Source of the DNA: a virus
Lineage: Duplodnaviria > Caudoviricetes
Strand: one strand, 5' to 3'
Length of the DNA: 32,610 bases
IMG/VR virus record: IMGVR_UViG_3300049859_000114
Coordinates: 1 to 32,610 of that record
In this document: in pieces, positions 10,467 through 18,428 of the stretch
Numbering within the stretch: the first letter of the stretch is position 1
Layout: each line of letters starts with the position of its first letter
Translations under genes and position numbers: made by a program
The notes under the pieces: generated by a model
The model's input: only the letters and a program-made list of their open reading frames with translations
Databases searched by the model: none
Told to the model about the DNA's origin: nothing

Positions 10467-11422
10467 GGATCGGCCTGTCCACCTGGGTCGGTGGCTCCGG
10501 CCCCCGCGACCCGTGGCGCCCGGCGGTCGCCGACAGCCTCGACGAGTGGGGCTGCATCGACCTGCGCGACTACGGCAAAGACCGCTGCCTCGTTGTCGCC
10601 CCCAACGTCACCAGCCTGCCCGGCCTCGACTTCGACCTCGGCGACAACGCCCTCGCCACGTTCACCCCCGCCGTCCGCAACGCACTCGGCAACCGGCTCG
10701 GCGTCACCATCGACGCCGACGACACGATCGGCGATGTGCTCGCCGTCGTCCTCACCGCGCTCCGCCCGGACCGTGGCCGCTGGAAGATCATCTGCGCCGG
10801 CCACGCCCTGTTCGACCGGCCCGTCGTGTCCGGCGGCGCCACCGACGACTTCAACCGGGCCAACGGCGGGCTCGGCGCCAACTGGGACCTCGCTGGCGGC
10901 ACCGCCACACAGATCGCATCGAACGCCGTCACGCAGCCCACCTCGACGGCGAACGAGATGGCGCTGTGGACGGCAGCGGTCGGCGCCGACATCTACAGCC
11001 AGCACGTCCACTCGTTCACGGGGGCGCAGTCCGAGTGCTACGCCGTCGTGCGCGGCGACTGGGACTCGTTCAACGCCTACTGCTACCAGGGTGGGCGGAA
11101 GTGGAACGAGTCCTACGCCGAGCTGCGCCTCGTCAACGGCAGCCTGTCGACCCCCACCCAACTCGCCCAGGCGGCGCAGACGTGGAACACCTCGACGAAC
11201 TACACGACGAAGATCACCGCCTCGGGCTCGACGATCACCGTGTACGTCGACGGCAACCAGAAGGTGCAGCAGACGAACACCACGCTCGGGGCCACCTACA
11301 CGCAAGCCGGGTTCAGCATGGACCTGTTCGCGACCGACTCGGTGACGATGGACAACTGGGAGGCGGGGCCCCTCACAGCGCCGCCGCTGTTCATCGGGCA
11401 GAATGTGACCACTACGCGCTGA
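10463..11422 (+). CDS. Virion appendage protein with C-terminal ConA/LamG-like lectin fold, 319 aa
   Basis: True start is probably GTG 10463 overlapping the upstream TGA (in frame with track ORF 9983..11422). The C-part DDFNRANGGLGANW...KITASGSTITVYVDGNQKVQQTN...DNWEAG resembles concanavalin-like beta sandwiches. Confidence 0.6.
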   Translation: MRIGLSTWVGGSGPRDPWRPAVADSLDEWGCIDLRDYGKDRCLVVAPNVTSLPGLDFDLGDNALATFTPAVRNALGNRLGVTIDADDTIGDVLAVVLTALRPDRGRWKIICAGHALFDRPVVSGGATDDFNRANGGLGANWDLAGGTATQIASNAVTQPTSTANEMALWTAAVGADIYSQHVHSFTGAQSECYAVVRGDWDSFNAYCYQGGRKWNESYAELRLVNGSLSTPTQLAQAAQTWNTSTNYTTKITASGSTITVYVDGNQKVQQTNTTLGATYTQAGFSMDLFATDSVTMDNWEAGPLTAPPLFIGQNVTTTR

Positions 11423-11432
11423 GGAGCACCAT

Positions 11433-11882
11433 ATGAGCGTCTACACGGCGACCTTCGAGGCCACCTCGATCTCGGGGGCCATCACCATCCTCCAGGTCAC
11501 AGCGGCCTCCGACGCGGTTGTGAAGGTGACCGGCGCGTGGTGCACGCAGTCGGGCTCCACCACCTCCGCCACGCAGCGCATCCAGGTGCTCCGCAAGACC
11601 GGCACCGCCACCGGGCTCACCACGGTCACGGCCCGCCCGGTCGGCATCGGCGAGGTGGCCTTCGGCGGCAGCGCCGGTTCGGCCGCGACGGGCGAAGGCA
11701 CCGATGGTGTCGTCCTGGTCGCCGAGGCGTTCAACTGGCTGGCCGGCTGGCGTTGGACCGCGGCCTCCGACAAGGAAGGGCTGATCGTGCCGCCCTCGGG
11801 CATCATCGCCCTCAAGTTCCCCGCCGCCCCCGGTGCGGCGCAGTCGGTCACCGCCGGGTTCGTGTTCGAGGAGATCGGCTAG
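11433..11882 (+). CDS. Small beta-rich virion protein, 149 aa
   Basis: GAGGAG RBS upstream; alternating hydrophobic beta pattern. Confidence 0.6.
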   Translation: MSVYTATFEATSISGAITILQVTAASDAVVKVTGAWCTQSGSTTSATQRIQVLRKTGTATGLTTVTARPVGIGEVAFGGSAGSAATGEGTDGVVLVAEAFNWLAGWRWTAASDKEGLIVPPSGIIALKFPAAPGAAQSVTAGFVFEEIG

Positions 11883-11903
11883 CCCGGCTAGCCGCCGCCG
11901 GCT

Positions 11904-14204
11904 ATGGCGATCTCGTTCGTCGGCGCCTCCACCTTCGTCTCCGGCACCACCTCGCCACAGACGGCGACGCTGCCTTCGGGGGTCGCGGCGGGCGACTTCC
12001 TCCTCTGCCTCGTCTCGTCCCGCGAGGACAGCCCCACCCCGGTTCACGGGGTCTCCGGCTACACGCAGACCGGCTCGACGGCCTTCCTCGACCTCGGCAC
12101 CACCGGCATCTCGCTGTCGTGCTGGTACAAGGTCGCCGGCCCCGCTGAGTCAGGGCCGTCCGTCACCTGCACCACCCCGTCGCGGCTGTCGTGCCACACC
12201 CTCGCCTTCCGCGGCGTCGACCTGGCCTCCCCGTTCGACGGCACCACCGCGCAAGGCACGAACGCCGCCGCCGCCACCTACACGCCGCCGAACATCACCA
12301 CCGGCACCGATGGCGCCTGGGTCGTCAGCAACGTCTCCACCGCCGACGACAACGCCCTCAACCTGTCGGCCGCCAACGGGTACACCGAGCGGGCCTCCGG
12401 CGCCGACTACGACAACACGAACGTCGCTCACGGCTCGGCGTCGAAGCAGATCAGCGGCACCGGCTCCCAGTCGCTCCCCACCTGGAACGAGTCGGTCAAC
12501 GGGAACGACGCCTGGGCGTACGTCACCGTCGCCCTCAAGCCGGGCCCGAGGATCACCGACACCGGAGCCGCCGACGCCATCGTCTCGCTCCCCCAGCCGG
12601 TCAAGGCCGCCGGCCCGGTGCGACCCTTCCTCCGGGTGCTGCTCCCCGTGGCGCTCATCTTCGCCGAACCGTCGAACGACATCGCGGTCGTCGTGCAGGC
12701 CCATGTCGGCGGACCCGCTGTTGCCACGGGCAGCCGGAACGCCTCGACGGTGGTCGGCGGGTGGACGGCGGCGGCTCCCTCCGCGATCGCGGCCGGCTCT
12801 CGGGCCGCGGCCGTGCTCGGAGCCGCCGCCACCACCACCACCGTTGCCGCCACAGGCACCCGCGGCGTCGCCGCCCAGGCGCCCACAGGCGGCACCGCCT
12901 CGGCCGCCGCCGCCGCCTCCCGCGCCGTCGTCGCCCACGCCCCCGCCGGAGCCGATGCTGACGCGACGATGCAGAGCGAAGTGGATGTCGCCGTCGAGCA
13001 CGTCCTCGGGCCTGTGGGCGCCACCACCACGATCGCTGCCGGCCCGGCGCCGGCCGCCGCCGTGCGAGCTGACACAGGCGCCCACACGTCGAGCTCGGCC
13101 GCCCCGTCGCCGAACGTGACCGTCCCGGCTGCTGGCGGGGGGAACGCCATCACGAGCTCGTCGGTGGACCGGACCCCTGTTGTCCCGGCCACCACTGGCG
13201 GCGGCGGTTCGGGCGCGGGGAGTGGTGATCGGTCGGGAGTGGTGCAGGCCCTCGCCGCAGCCGGAGCCACCGCCCAGGCGACCCCCACGCTCCAGGCGAT
13301 CATCCAGGCCGCTGTCGGCGCTGCCGCCCAGGCGACCGCCAGCACGAGCACCGACGTCGACGTCGTCCACGTCCTCGGCTCGGTCGGTGCCACCACCACC
13401 GTCGTCGCCACCGTCACCCGCACAGGCGCCGTCAAGGTCGACGTCGGGGCCCACGTCCAGGCCGGCTGGTTCCAGTCGATCTCCGACTCCGGCGACCAGG
13501 CCGAGGTGTTCCGCCTCCCGGTCAAGGTCATCCGGCGCGGCCCGGTCCCCCGCGAGATCACGGTCCCCGTCCAGGTCTCGCTCATCTTCCCTGCGCCCGT
13601 CTACGAGGTGAGCGTCGTCGTCGTCGCCACTGTGGGCGGCAGCGCCACCACGTCGGCGTCTGGCGCGCGGGCGGCCGTCGTCCCCGTCTCGGCCACAGGC
13701 GGCGCCAGCGACGTCGAAGCGACCGTGTCGTTCACCGACGTCTACGTCTCCGCCGTGCTCGGCATGGCCGGCATCGACTCGACCATCGTCGCCGAGGTGC
13801 TCATCTACGAGGTGGAGGTGGGCTCCGCCCCCGTGTCCGCCGGGCTCATCGCCACCATCGACGCCCGGGCCGAGCGCAGCATCATCAGCCACATCGAGCC
13901 CGGGCTGCACGGCCAGGCGTCCAACTTCGGCGCGGCGTGGGTGTTCCGCCCGCCCACCGAGGAGCGCATTCTGGAGCGGATGCCGCACGACCCGGGGAAC
14001 CGCATGGCCCGGGACCTGTCGATCGGCGTGCGGGTCGGGCGCACCGTCTACAAACTGGCGGACGGCTCGTACACGATGAAGTGGTCGGAGCGCCTCGACA
14101 TCGTCCACACCTACCACGGCGGCCACATCCACGAGATCAGCGACACCGAGGCCGGCAACCTCATCGCCGCCGGCTACGGGGCGTACGTCACTCTGGAGCA
14201 GTAG
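11904..14204 (+). CDS. Long Ala/Val/Thr-rich fibre/stalk-like protein, 766 aa, C-terminal domain paralogous to 15829..16092
   Basis: N-terminal beta domain (~210 aa), low-complexity repeated stalk (VLGPVGATTT / VLGSVGATTT), and a C-terminal ~85 aa aligning by eye with the small gene after the capsid gene. Confidence 0.7.
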   Translation: MAISFVGASTFVSGTTSPQTATLPSGVAAGDFLLCLVSSREDSPTPVHGVSGYTQTGSTAFLDLGTTGISLSCWYKVAGPAESGPSVTCTTPSRLSCHTLAFRGVDLASPFDGTTAQGTNAAAATYTPPNITTGTDGAWVVSNVSTADDNALNLSAANGYTERASGADYDNTNVAHGSASKQISGTGSQSLPTWNESVNGNDAWAYVTVALKPGPRITDTGAADAIVSLPQPVKAAGPVRPFLRVLLPVALIFAEPSNDIAVVVQAHVGGPAVATGSRNASTVVGGWTAAAPSAIAAGSRAAAVLGAAATTTTVAATGTRGVAAQAPTGGTASAAAAASRAVVAHAPAGADADATMQSEVDVAVEHVLGPVGATTTIAAGPAPAAAVRADTGAHTSSSAAPSPNVTVPAAGGGNAITSSSVDRTPVVPATTGGGGSGAGSGDRSGVVQALAAAGATAQATPTLQAIIQAAVGAAAQATASTSTDVDVVHVLGSVGATTTVVATVTRTGAVKVDVGAHVQAGWFQSISDSGDQAEVFRLPVKVIRRGPVPREITVPVQVSLIFPAPVYEVSVVVVATVGGSATTSASGARAAVVPVSATGGASDVEATVSFTDVYVSAVLGMAGIDSTIVAEVLIYEVEVGSAPVSAGLIATIDARAERSIISHIEPGLHGQASNFGAAWVFRPPTEERILERMPHDPGNRMARDLSIGVRVGRTVYKLADGSYTMKWSERLDIVHTYHGGHIHEISDTEAGNLIAAGYGAYVTLEQ

Positions 14205-14207
14205 TTC

Positions 14208-14216
14208 TGCTACTCT
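14208..14216 (+). promoter_or_regulatory. Extended -10 promoter TGnTACTCT for the scaffold-capsid operon
   Basis: TGCTACTCT directly after the upstream stop matches TGn-TANNNT; predicted start of transcription near 14222. Confidence 0.55.
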
Positions 14217-14225
14217 CCGTGGCGA

Positions 14226-14334
14226 TGCCGGCGACGGCAGAACCGGCGCCAGAGCCCCCCGGCTGGCGCTGAGTACGAAGGGGCGTTGGACCCATCCGCG
14301 ATCGCGCCTCCGGCGGTCGTGCGGCAGCAAGGAG
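14226..14334 (+). ncRNA. Candidate structured 5' leader (GNRA hairpin + H-type pseudoknot + anti-SD hairpin)
   Basis: TGCCG-GCGA-CGGCA (14226-14239). Stem 14245-14252/14263-14270 has loop GCCCC that can pair with GGGGC 14280-14284. Stem 14298-14305/14313-14320 has loop CTCC complementary to SD GGAG 14331-14334. Confidence 0.5.
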
Positions 14335-14339
14335 CGACC

Positions 14340-14783
14340 ATGCCCGACCACGACGACGACCTGCTCGACGACGACGAGCCCCGCACGCCGGGAGTCCGCC
14401 AGCGGATGAAGTCCCTGGAGGACGAGAACAAGGCGTTGAAGGCTCAGGTGGCGGAAGGGCAGGCGACCCAGCGCAGGCTGGCGTTCATCGAAGCCGGGAT
14501 CGACCTCAAGGACCCCCGCACCTCGTACTTCCTCAAGGGCTACGAGGGCGAGCTCACCCCCGAGGCGATCCGCACGGCGGCCACGGAATCCGGCTTCATC
14601 GAGTCGGACGCCACCCCGCCGCCCGGCGAGCAGGACGCCTGGAAGCGTGTCGGTCAAGCCGCCACAGGCGCATCGAGCGCCAACAGCGGACCGATCGACT
14701 GGGACGCCCGCATCAACGCCACGCAGAACAAGCGGGAACTCGACGCGGTCATGGCCGAGATGGACGCCGCCAACCGCGGCTAA
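14340..14783 (+). CDS. Capsid scaffolding protein, 147 aa
   Basis: AAGGAG RBS then ATG 14340; acidic N-terminus, coiled coil (RMKSLEDENKALKAQVAE); immediately upstream of the capsid gene. Confidence 0.8.
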   Translation: MPDHDDDLLDDDEPRTPGVRQRMKSLEDENKALKAQVAEGQATQRRLAFIEAGIDLKDPRTSYFLKGYEGELTPEAIRTAATESGFIESDATPPPGEQDAWKRVGQAATGASSANSGPIDWDARINATQNKRELDAVMAEMDAANRG

Positions 14784-14798
14784 CCCCAAGGACACCCA

Positions 14799-15749
14799 AT
14801 GCCCGACGTCTACACCCAGCAGTCGAGTGTCGCTTCCGACACCACCGCGTTCAACCGCATGGCGTACTTCGCCCTGCGGAACGAGACCTACTTCGACCAG
14901 GCGTGCGAGGTGCGGCCCACCGCGCAGTCCCACCCTGGCGCCGCGGTCCAGTTCAACATCTACGCCGACCTCTCCGTCGCCACCACGGCGCTCACCGAGG
15001 ACGCCGACGTGGATGCCGTCGCCCTGAGCGACTCCACCGTGACGGTGACGCTGGTCGAGTACGGCAACGCCGTGCTGACCACCGCCAAGCTGCGGCGGAC
15101 CTCGTTCCTCGACGTGGACGCCGATGCGGCCAACATCGTCGGCTACAACGCTGGCGACAGCATCGACACCGTCGCCCGGGACGTGTTCTCGGCCGGCTCC
15201 AACGTGGTCTACGGCACGGGCGGCTCCACCGACCCGACCAGCCGTGGCACCGTCGAGACGACCGACACCATCGCGGCGTTCGACGTCCGCAAGGTGACCG
15301 CCCAGATGCGGGCCGCTGCCGTCCCCACCCGGGACGCCGGGCTGTACGTCGGGTACATCCACCCGAACGTGTCGCTCGACCTGCGCTCCGAGACGGGCGC
15401 CGCCTCGTGGCGTGACCCGCACGTCTACGTCGACACCGGCGGCATCTACCGCGGCGAGATCGGCGCCTTCGAGGGCGTCCGGTTCATCGAGACCCCGCGG
15501 GCGAAGGTCCACACCGGCTCCGGCTCCTCGGGCAACAACGTGTACTGCACGGTGGTCGTCGGGTTCCAGGGCGTCGCCAAGGCCCACGCGACGGGCGAGG
15601 GCTACGGCGCCGACCCGAAGATCGTCCACGGCCCGGTGACCGACAAGTTGATGCGGTTCCGTCCGGTCGGCTGGACGCACCTCGTCGGCTACAGCCGGTT
15701 CCGTGAGGCGTCGCTGCGCCGGATCGAGTCGGCCGCCTCGCTCGGCTAA
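14799..15749 (+). CDS. Major capsid protein (HK97 fold, N4-gp56-like family), 316 aa
   Basis: AAGGA RBS. Characteristic segments ATTALTED, VTVTLVEYGNAV, YVGYIHPNVSLDLR, GEIGAFEGVRFIETP, TDKLMRFRPVGW. Confidence 0.92.
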   Translation: MPDVYTQQSSVASDTTAFNRMAYFALRNETYFDQACEVRPTAQSHPGAAVQFNIYADLSVATTALTEDADVDAVALSDSTVTVTLVEYGNAVLTTAKLRRTSFLDVDADAANIVGYNAGDSIDTVARDVFSAGSNVVYGTGGSTDPTSRGTVETTDTIAAFDVRKVTAQMRAAAVPTRDAGLYVGYIHPNVSLDLRSETGAASWRDPHVYVDTGGIYRGEIGAFEGVRFIETPRAKVHTGSGSSGNNVYCTVVVGFQGVAKAHATGEGYGADPKIVHGPVTDKLMRFRPVGWTHLVGYSRFREASLRRIESAASLG

Positions 15750-15758
15750 CCCCCAGCC

Positions 15759-15818
15759 CTCGTGGCGGGCGGGGCTCAACCCGGACCCCCGGGCTCCTCT
15801 CCCCCCGCCCGCCACGAG
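15759..15818 (+). terminator. Strong hairpin after the capsid gene (terminator/attenuator or mRNA stabiliser)
   Basis: Perfect 16-bp inverted repeat CTCGTGGCGGGCGGGG (15759-15774) / CCCCGCCCGCCACGAG (15803-15818) with an inner CCCGG/CCGGG stem; no U-tract. Confidence 0.65.
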
Positions 15819-15828
15819 ACTCAACCTC

Positions 15829-16092
15829 ATGCCGACGTTCATCCCACCCCTCAAGGACGGCGAGCCCCGCCACACCTTCGGCGCCCACCCGGGCGACCGG
15901 CTGATGCGGCACTACCGCTCGAATCCGACCGGCACGAACGTCTGGAAGTTGGCGACCGGGCAGTACACGGAACGCCAGCCGGACATCGGCGTCGAGGTGG
16001 CGATCACCTACTACGGCGCCCACGTCTACGAGATCGACGACGCAGAGGCCGCTGCCCTCACCGCCGCCGGGTACGGTTCGTACATCACCTGA
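15829..16092 (+). CDS. Small head-associated protein, 87 aa (candidate capsid decoration/docking domain)
   Basis: ATG 15829 in frame with track ORF 15703..16092; first gene after the capsid gene; paralogous to the C-terminus of 11904..14204. Confidence 0.7.
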   Translation: MPTFIPPLKDGEPRHTFGAHPGDRLMRHYRSNPTGTNVWKLATGQYTERQPDIGVEVAITYYGAHVYEIDDAEAAALTAAGYGSYIT

Positions 16093-16105
16093 CCGGGAGG
16101 CAGCG

Positions 16106-16372
16106 ATGAAGCACCAGGAGGTTCACCCTCACCTCGACGTCGAGGGTTGCTTCGGTTGCAAGGTGGCGAGCACGGCGTTCGCCGCCTCCGCCACGCCTTC
16201 CCGCCGGCCCGGCGCCGCCCACTCCCGGTGGGTGAACGACACCGAGAAGCGGTGGCACAAGGACATGGACGCCTACCGCCGGCTCGTGCGCGACGGCGTC
16301 CAGCCGAAAGGCATTGACGGCGCCGCCGAACGTGAGGCACGGGCGAACACCCGCGTCGAAGTCGAGGCGTGA
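16106..16372 (+). CDS. Hypothetical protein, 88 aa, with H..H...CxxC motif
   Basis: GGGAGG RBS; HQEVHPHLDVEGCFGCK may bind a metal. Confidence 0.7.
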   Translation: MKHQEVHPHLDVEGCFGCKVASTAFAASATPSRRPGAAHSRWVNDTEKRWHKDMDAYRRLVRDGVQPKGIDGAAEREARANTRVEVEA

Positions 16373-17553
16373 TGCTCACCGTCCGGGCCTTCACGAAGGC
16401 CGAGCACATCGGCTACGGCCGGATGGCCGCCCAGCTGTGGCACGCCATCGAGGGGCTCGGCTACGAGGTGTCCGGGCCCGACGACGAGCCGGCCCAGGAC
16501 GTCCTGTTCGCCACCATCCCGCCCCTGTGCAAGCGGTGGCTCACCGGCCAGCGGCTCCACATCCTCACGATGTACGAGACGACGCGCTGCCCGGTCGAGT
16601 TCCGCAACCTCGCCGACTTCGACACCGTGTTCGTCCCGTGCGAGGAGAACCGGGTGGCGTTCGCCGAGTGGCATCCGAACGTCGTGCGCGTCCCGCTCGG
16701 CGTCGACGGCGACGCCTGGAAGTGGACGCCCCGCCCGCAGGCCGGCCCGTTCACGTTCCTCGCCTCCGGCCACGAGTACCGCAAGGGCCTCGACGTGGCG
16801 ATGGCGGCGTTCAAGAAGGCGTTTCCCCGGCGACGGTTCCCGCACGTCCGGCTCGTGCTCAAGATGCCGAAGCCGATGGAGTGGTTCAAGGGCACAGGCG
16901 GCGACGAGCGCATCGAGGTGCTCACCGGCTACCTGTCCGCCGACGACGAGGTGGCGCTGTACGCCAAGGCCCACGCCTACGTCGGGCTGTCGCGCGGTGA
17001 AGGCTTCGGGATGATGCCCCTCCAGGCGATCGCTCAAGGCTGCCCGACGATCATGTCGGCGTGCGGCGGCCACACCCAGTTCGCCAACCTGGCGTCCGCC
17101 GTCGTCGGCTGCGACCTGGAGCCCGCCACCAAGTACGGGCTGTTCGGCGAGGCCGGCGACTGGTGGGAGCCCCGGCTCGACGAGGCCATCGAGGCGATGC
17201 GTCAGGTGTACGCCGACTACACCGGCCACCAGGCGAGCGCATGGCTGGCGAGCATGGAGGCCCGGGAGCGATACACCTGGACCCGCACCGCCCATCAGAT
17301 CGTGGCAGTCATCGGCGACGGCGAGCCGTACGACGGGCCCGGCACGATGCAGTACCGCCTGGAGGCCCTGTTCCCGATCGCCGTCGAGCGCCCGGTCGTC
17401 GCCGACATCGGCCCCCATCACATCGAGTTCACCCCGGGCACCGAGTACTGGCACACCGCCGACGTGAAGCGGGTCCTGCATGACGCGGGGATGCTCGTGG
17501 CCGGCACCTACGATGACGCTCGGATGATCCTGCCCGAGAGGACGAGCCCATGA
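16372..17553 (+). CDS. GT-B fold glycosyltransferase (GT4 / Glycos_transf_1-like)
   Basis: N-terminal GYGR, YETT, FVP motifs; RKGLD; SRGEGFGMMPLQAIAQG (GT4 EX7E motif, here EX7Q). Start ATG 16372 or GTG 16369. Confidence 0.88.
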   Translation: MLTVRAFTKAEHIGYGRMAAQLWHAIEGLGYEVSGPDDEPAQDVLFATIPPLCKRWLTGQRLHILTMYETTRCPVEFRNLADFDTVFVPCEENRVAFAEWHPNVVRVPLGVDGDAWKWTPRPQAGPFTFLASGHEYRKGLDVAMAAFKKAFPRRRFPHVRLVLKMPKPMEWFKGTGGDERIEVLTGYLSADDEVALYAKAHAYVGLSRGEGFGMMPLQAIAQGCPTIMSACGGHTQFANLASAVVGCDLEPATKYGLFGEAGDWWEPRLDEAIEAMRQVYADYTGHQASAWLASMEARERYTWTRTAHQIVAVIGDGEPYDGPGTMQYRLEALFPIAVERPVVADIGPHHIEFTPGTEYWHTADVKRVLHDAGMLVAGTYDDARMILPERTSP

Positions 17554-18428
17554 CCACCGCCGCCACCGTCATCACCCGGGCGAGGCGTGCGCTGCTCGCC
17601 GGGATCATCGAGGAGCGCAACCAACTCCTCGGCTCACTCGACGCCGACGACGTCGTGGTCGGAACCAACTACGAACTCCGCGGCATCCGCCCGGGCGCCA
17701 CCATCGAGATCGACGCCGAGCAGATGTACGTCCTGTCGACGTCGGGCACGCTCGCCACTGTCGAGCGCGGCTTCGACGGGACGACGCCGGCCGCCCACGC
17801 CACGAACGCCCCGGTGGTCGTCAACCCCCGCTTCCCGCGGGCGATGCTGTTCGACTACGTCAACGCCGAACTGTCCGACCTGAGCGCACCCGACAACGGG
17901 CTGTTCCAGATGAAGTCGCTCGACGTCGCCTACAACGGCTCGGACCGGGCGATCGACTTGACCGGCGTCACCGACTGCCTCGCCGTGCAGGACGTCACCT
18001 GGCGCTACACCGCCGACACCTGGCCGGTGGTCCGCCACTGGCGGCTGATCCGCAACCAGGACCCGACCGACTTCCCTTCCGGCTACGCCCTCACGTTCGA
18101 CGAGGGCATCCGGGCCGCCGACATGCGGATCACCTACCGGGCCCCGTTCACCCCGCTCACCACGGAGAGTCAGGACCTCACCACGAACGGCGGCCTTCCT
18201 TCGACGGCGACCGACATCATCGAGATCGGCGTGCAGCTCCTCGCCCTCCTCGCCCGTGAGGCCAAGCGCAACTTCATCGAGTCCCAAGGCGACACCCGGC
18301 GTGCCCAAGAGGTGCAGTCCGGCGGGATGGGCAACGCCTGGAAGGGGCTGGCCGCCCGCCGGGCCCAGCGCATCCAGGCCGAGCAGGCCCGCCTCCAGCG
18401 CATGTACCCGACGAGGTTGCGGAAGTGA
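17550..18428 (+). CDS. Probable head-tail adaptor (tail tubular protein A-like), 292 aa
   Basis: Helical N- and C-termini around a beta core; sits before a nozzle-sized gene; ATGA coupling. Confidence 0.6.
   Translation: MTTAATVITRARRALLAGIIEERNQLLGSLDADDVVVGTNYELRGIRPGATIEIDAEQMYVLSTSGTLATVERGFDGTTPAAHATNAPVVVNPRFPRAMLFDYVNAELSDLSAPDNGLFQMKSLDVAYNGSDRAIDLTGVTDCLAVQDVTWRYTADTWPVVRHWRLIRNQDPTDFPSGYALTFDEGIRAADMRITYRAPFTPLTTESQDLTTNGGLPSTATDIIEIGVQLLALLAREAKRNFIESQGDTRRAQEVQSGGMGNAWKGLAARRAQRIQAEQARLQRMYPTRLRK

Noticed and set aside
14226-14334. tRNA or named riboswitch
   Set aside because: No cloverleaf/T-loop, and no conserved ligand-binding nucleotides of a class I recognise.
15703-15831. 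Programmed frameshift fusing the capsid protein to the downstream ORF (open from 15703)
   Set aside because: No slippery heptamer found near the capsid stop; the open frame is expected at this GC content. Proteomics could still test it.
12150-15875. 1241-aa - strand ORF and other long antisense or alternate-frame ORFs (439..1926, 3197..4504, 5213..6676, 18170..20398, 18256..20283)
   Set aside because: Shadows of real + strand genes: high GC depletes stops; the products are R/G/P/V-rich with no motifs.
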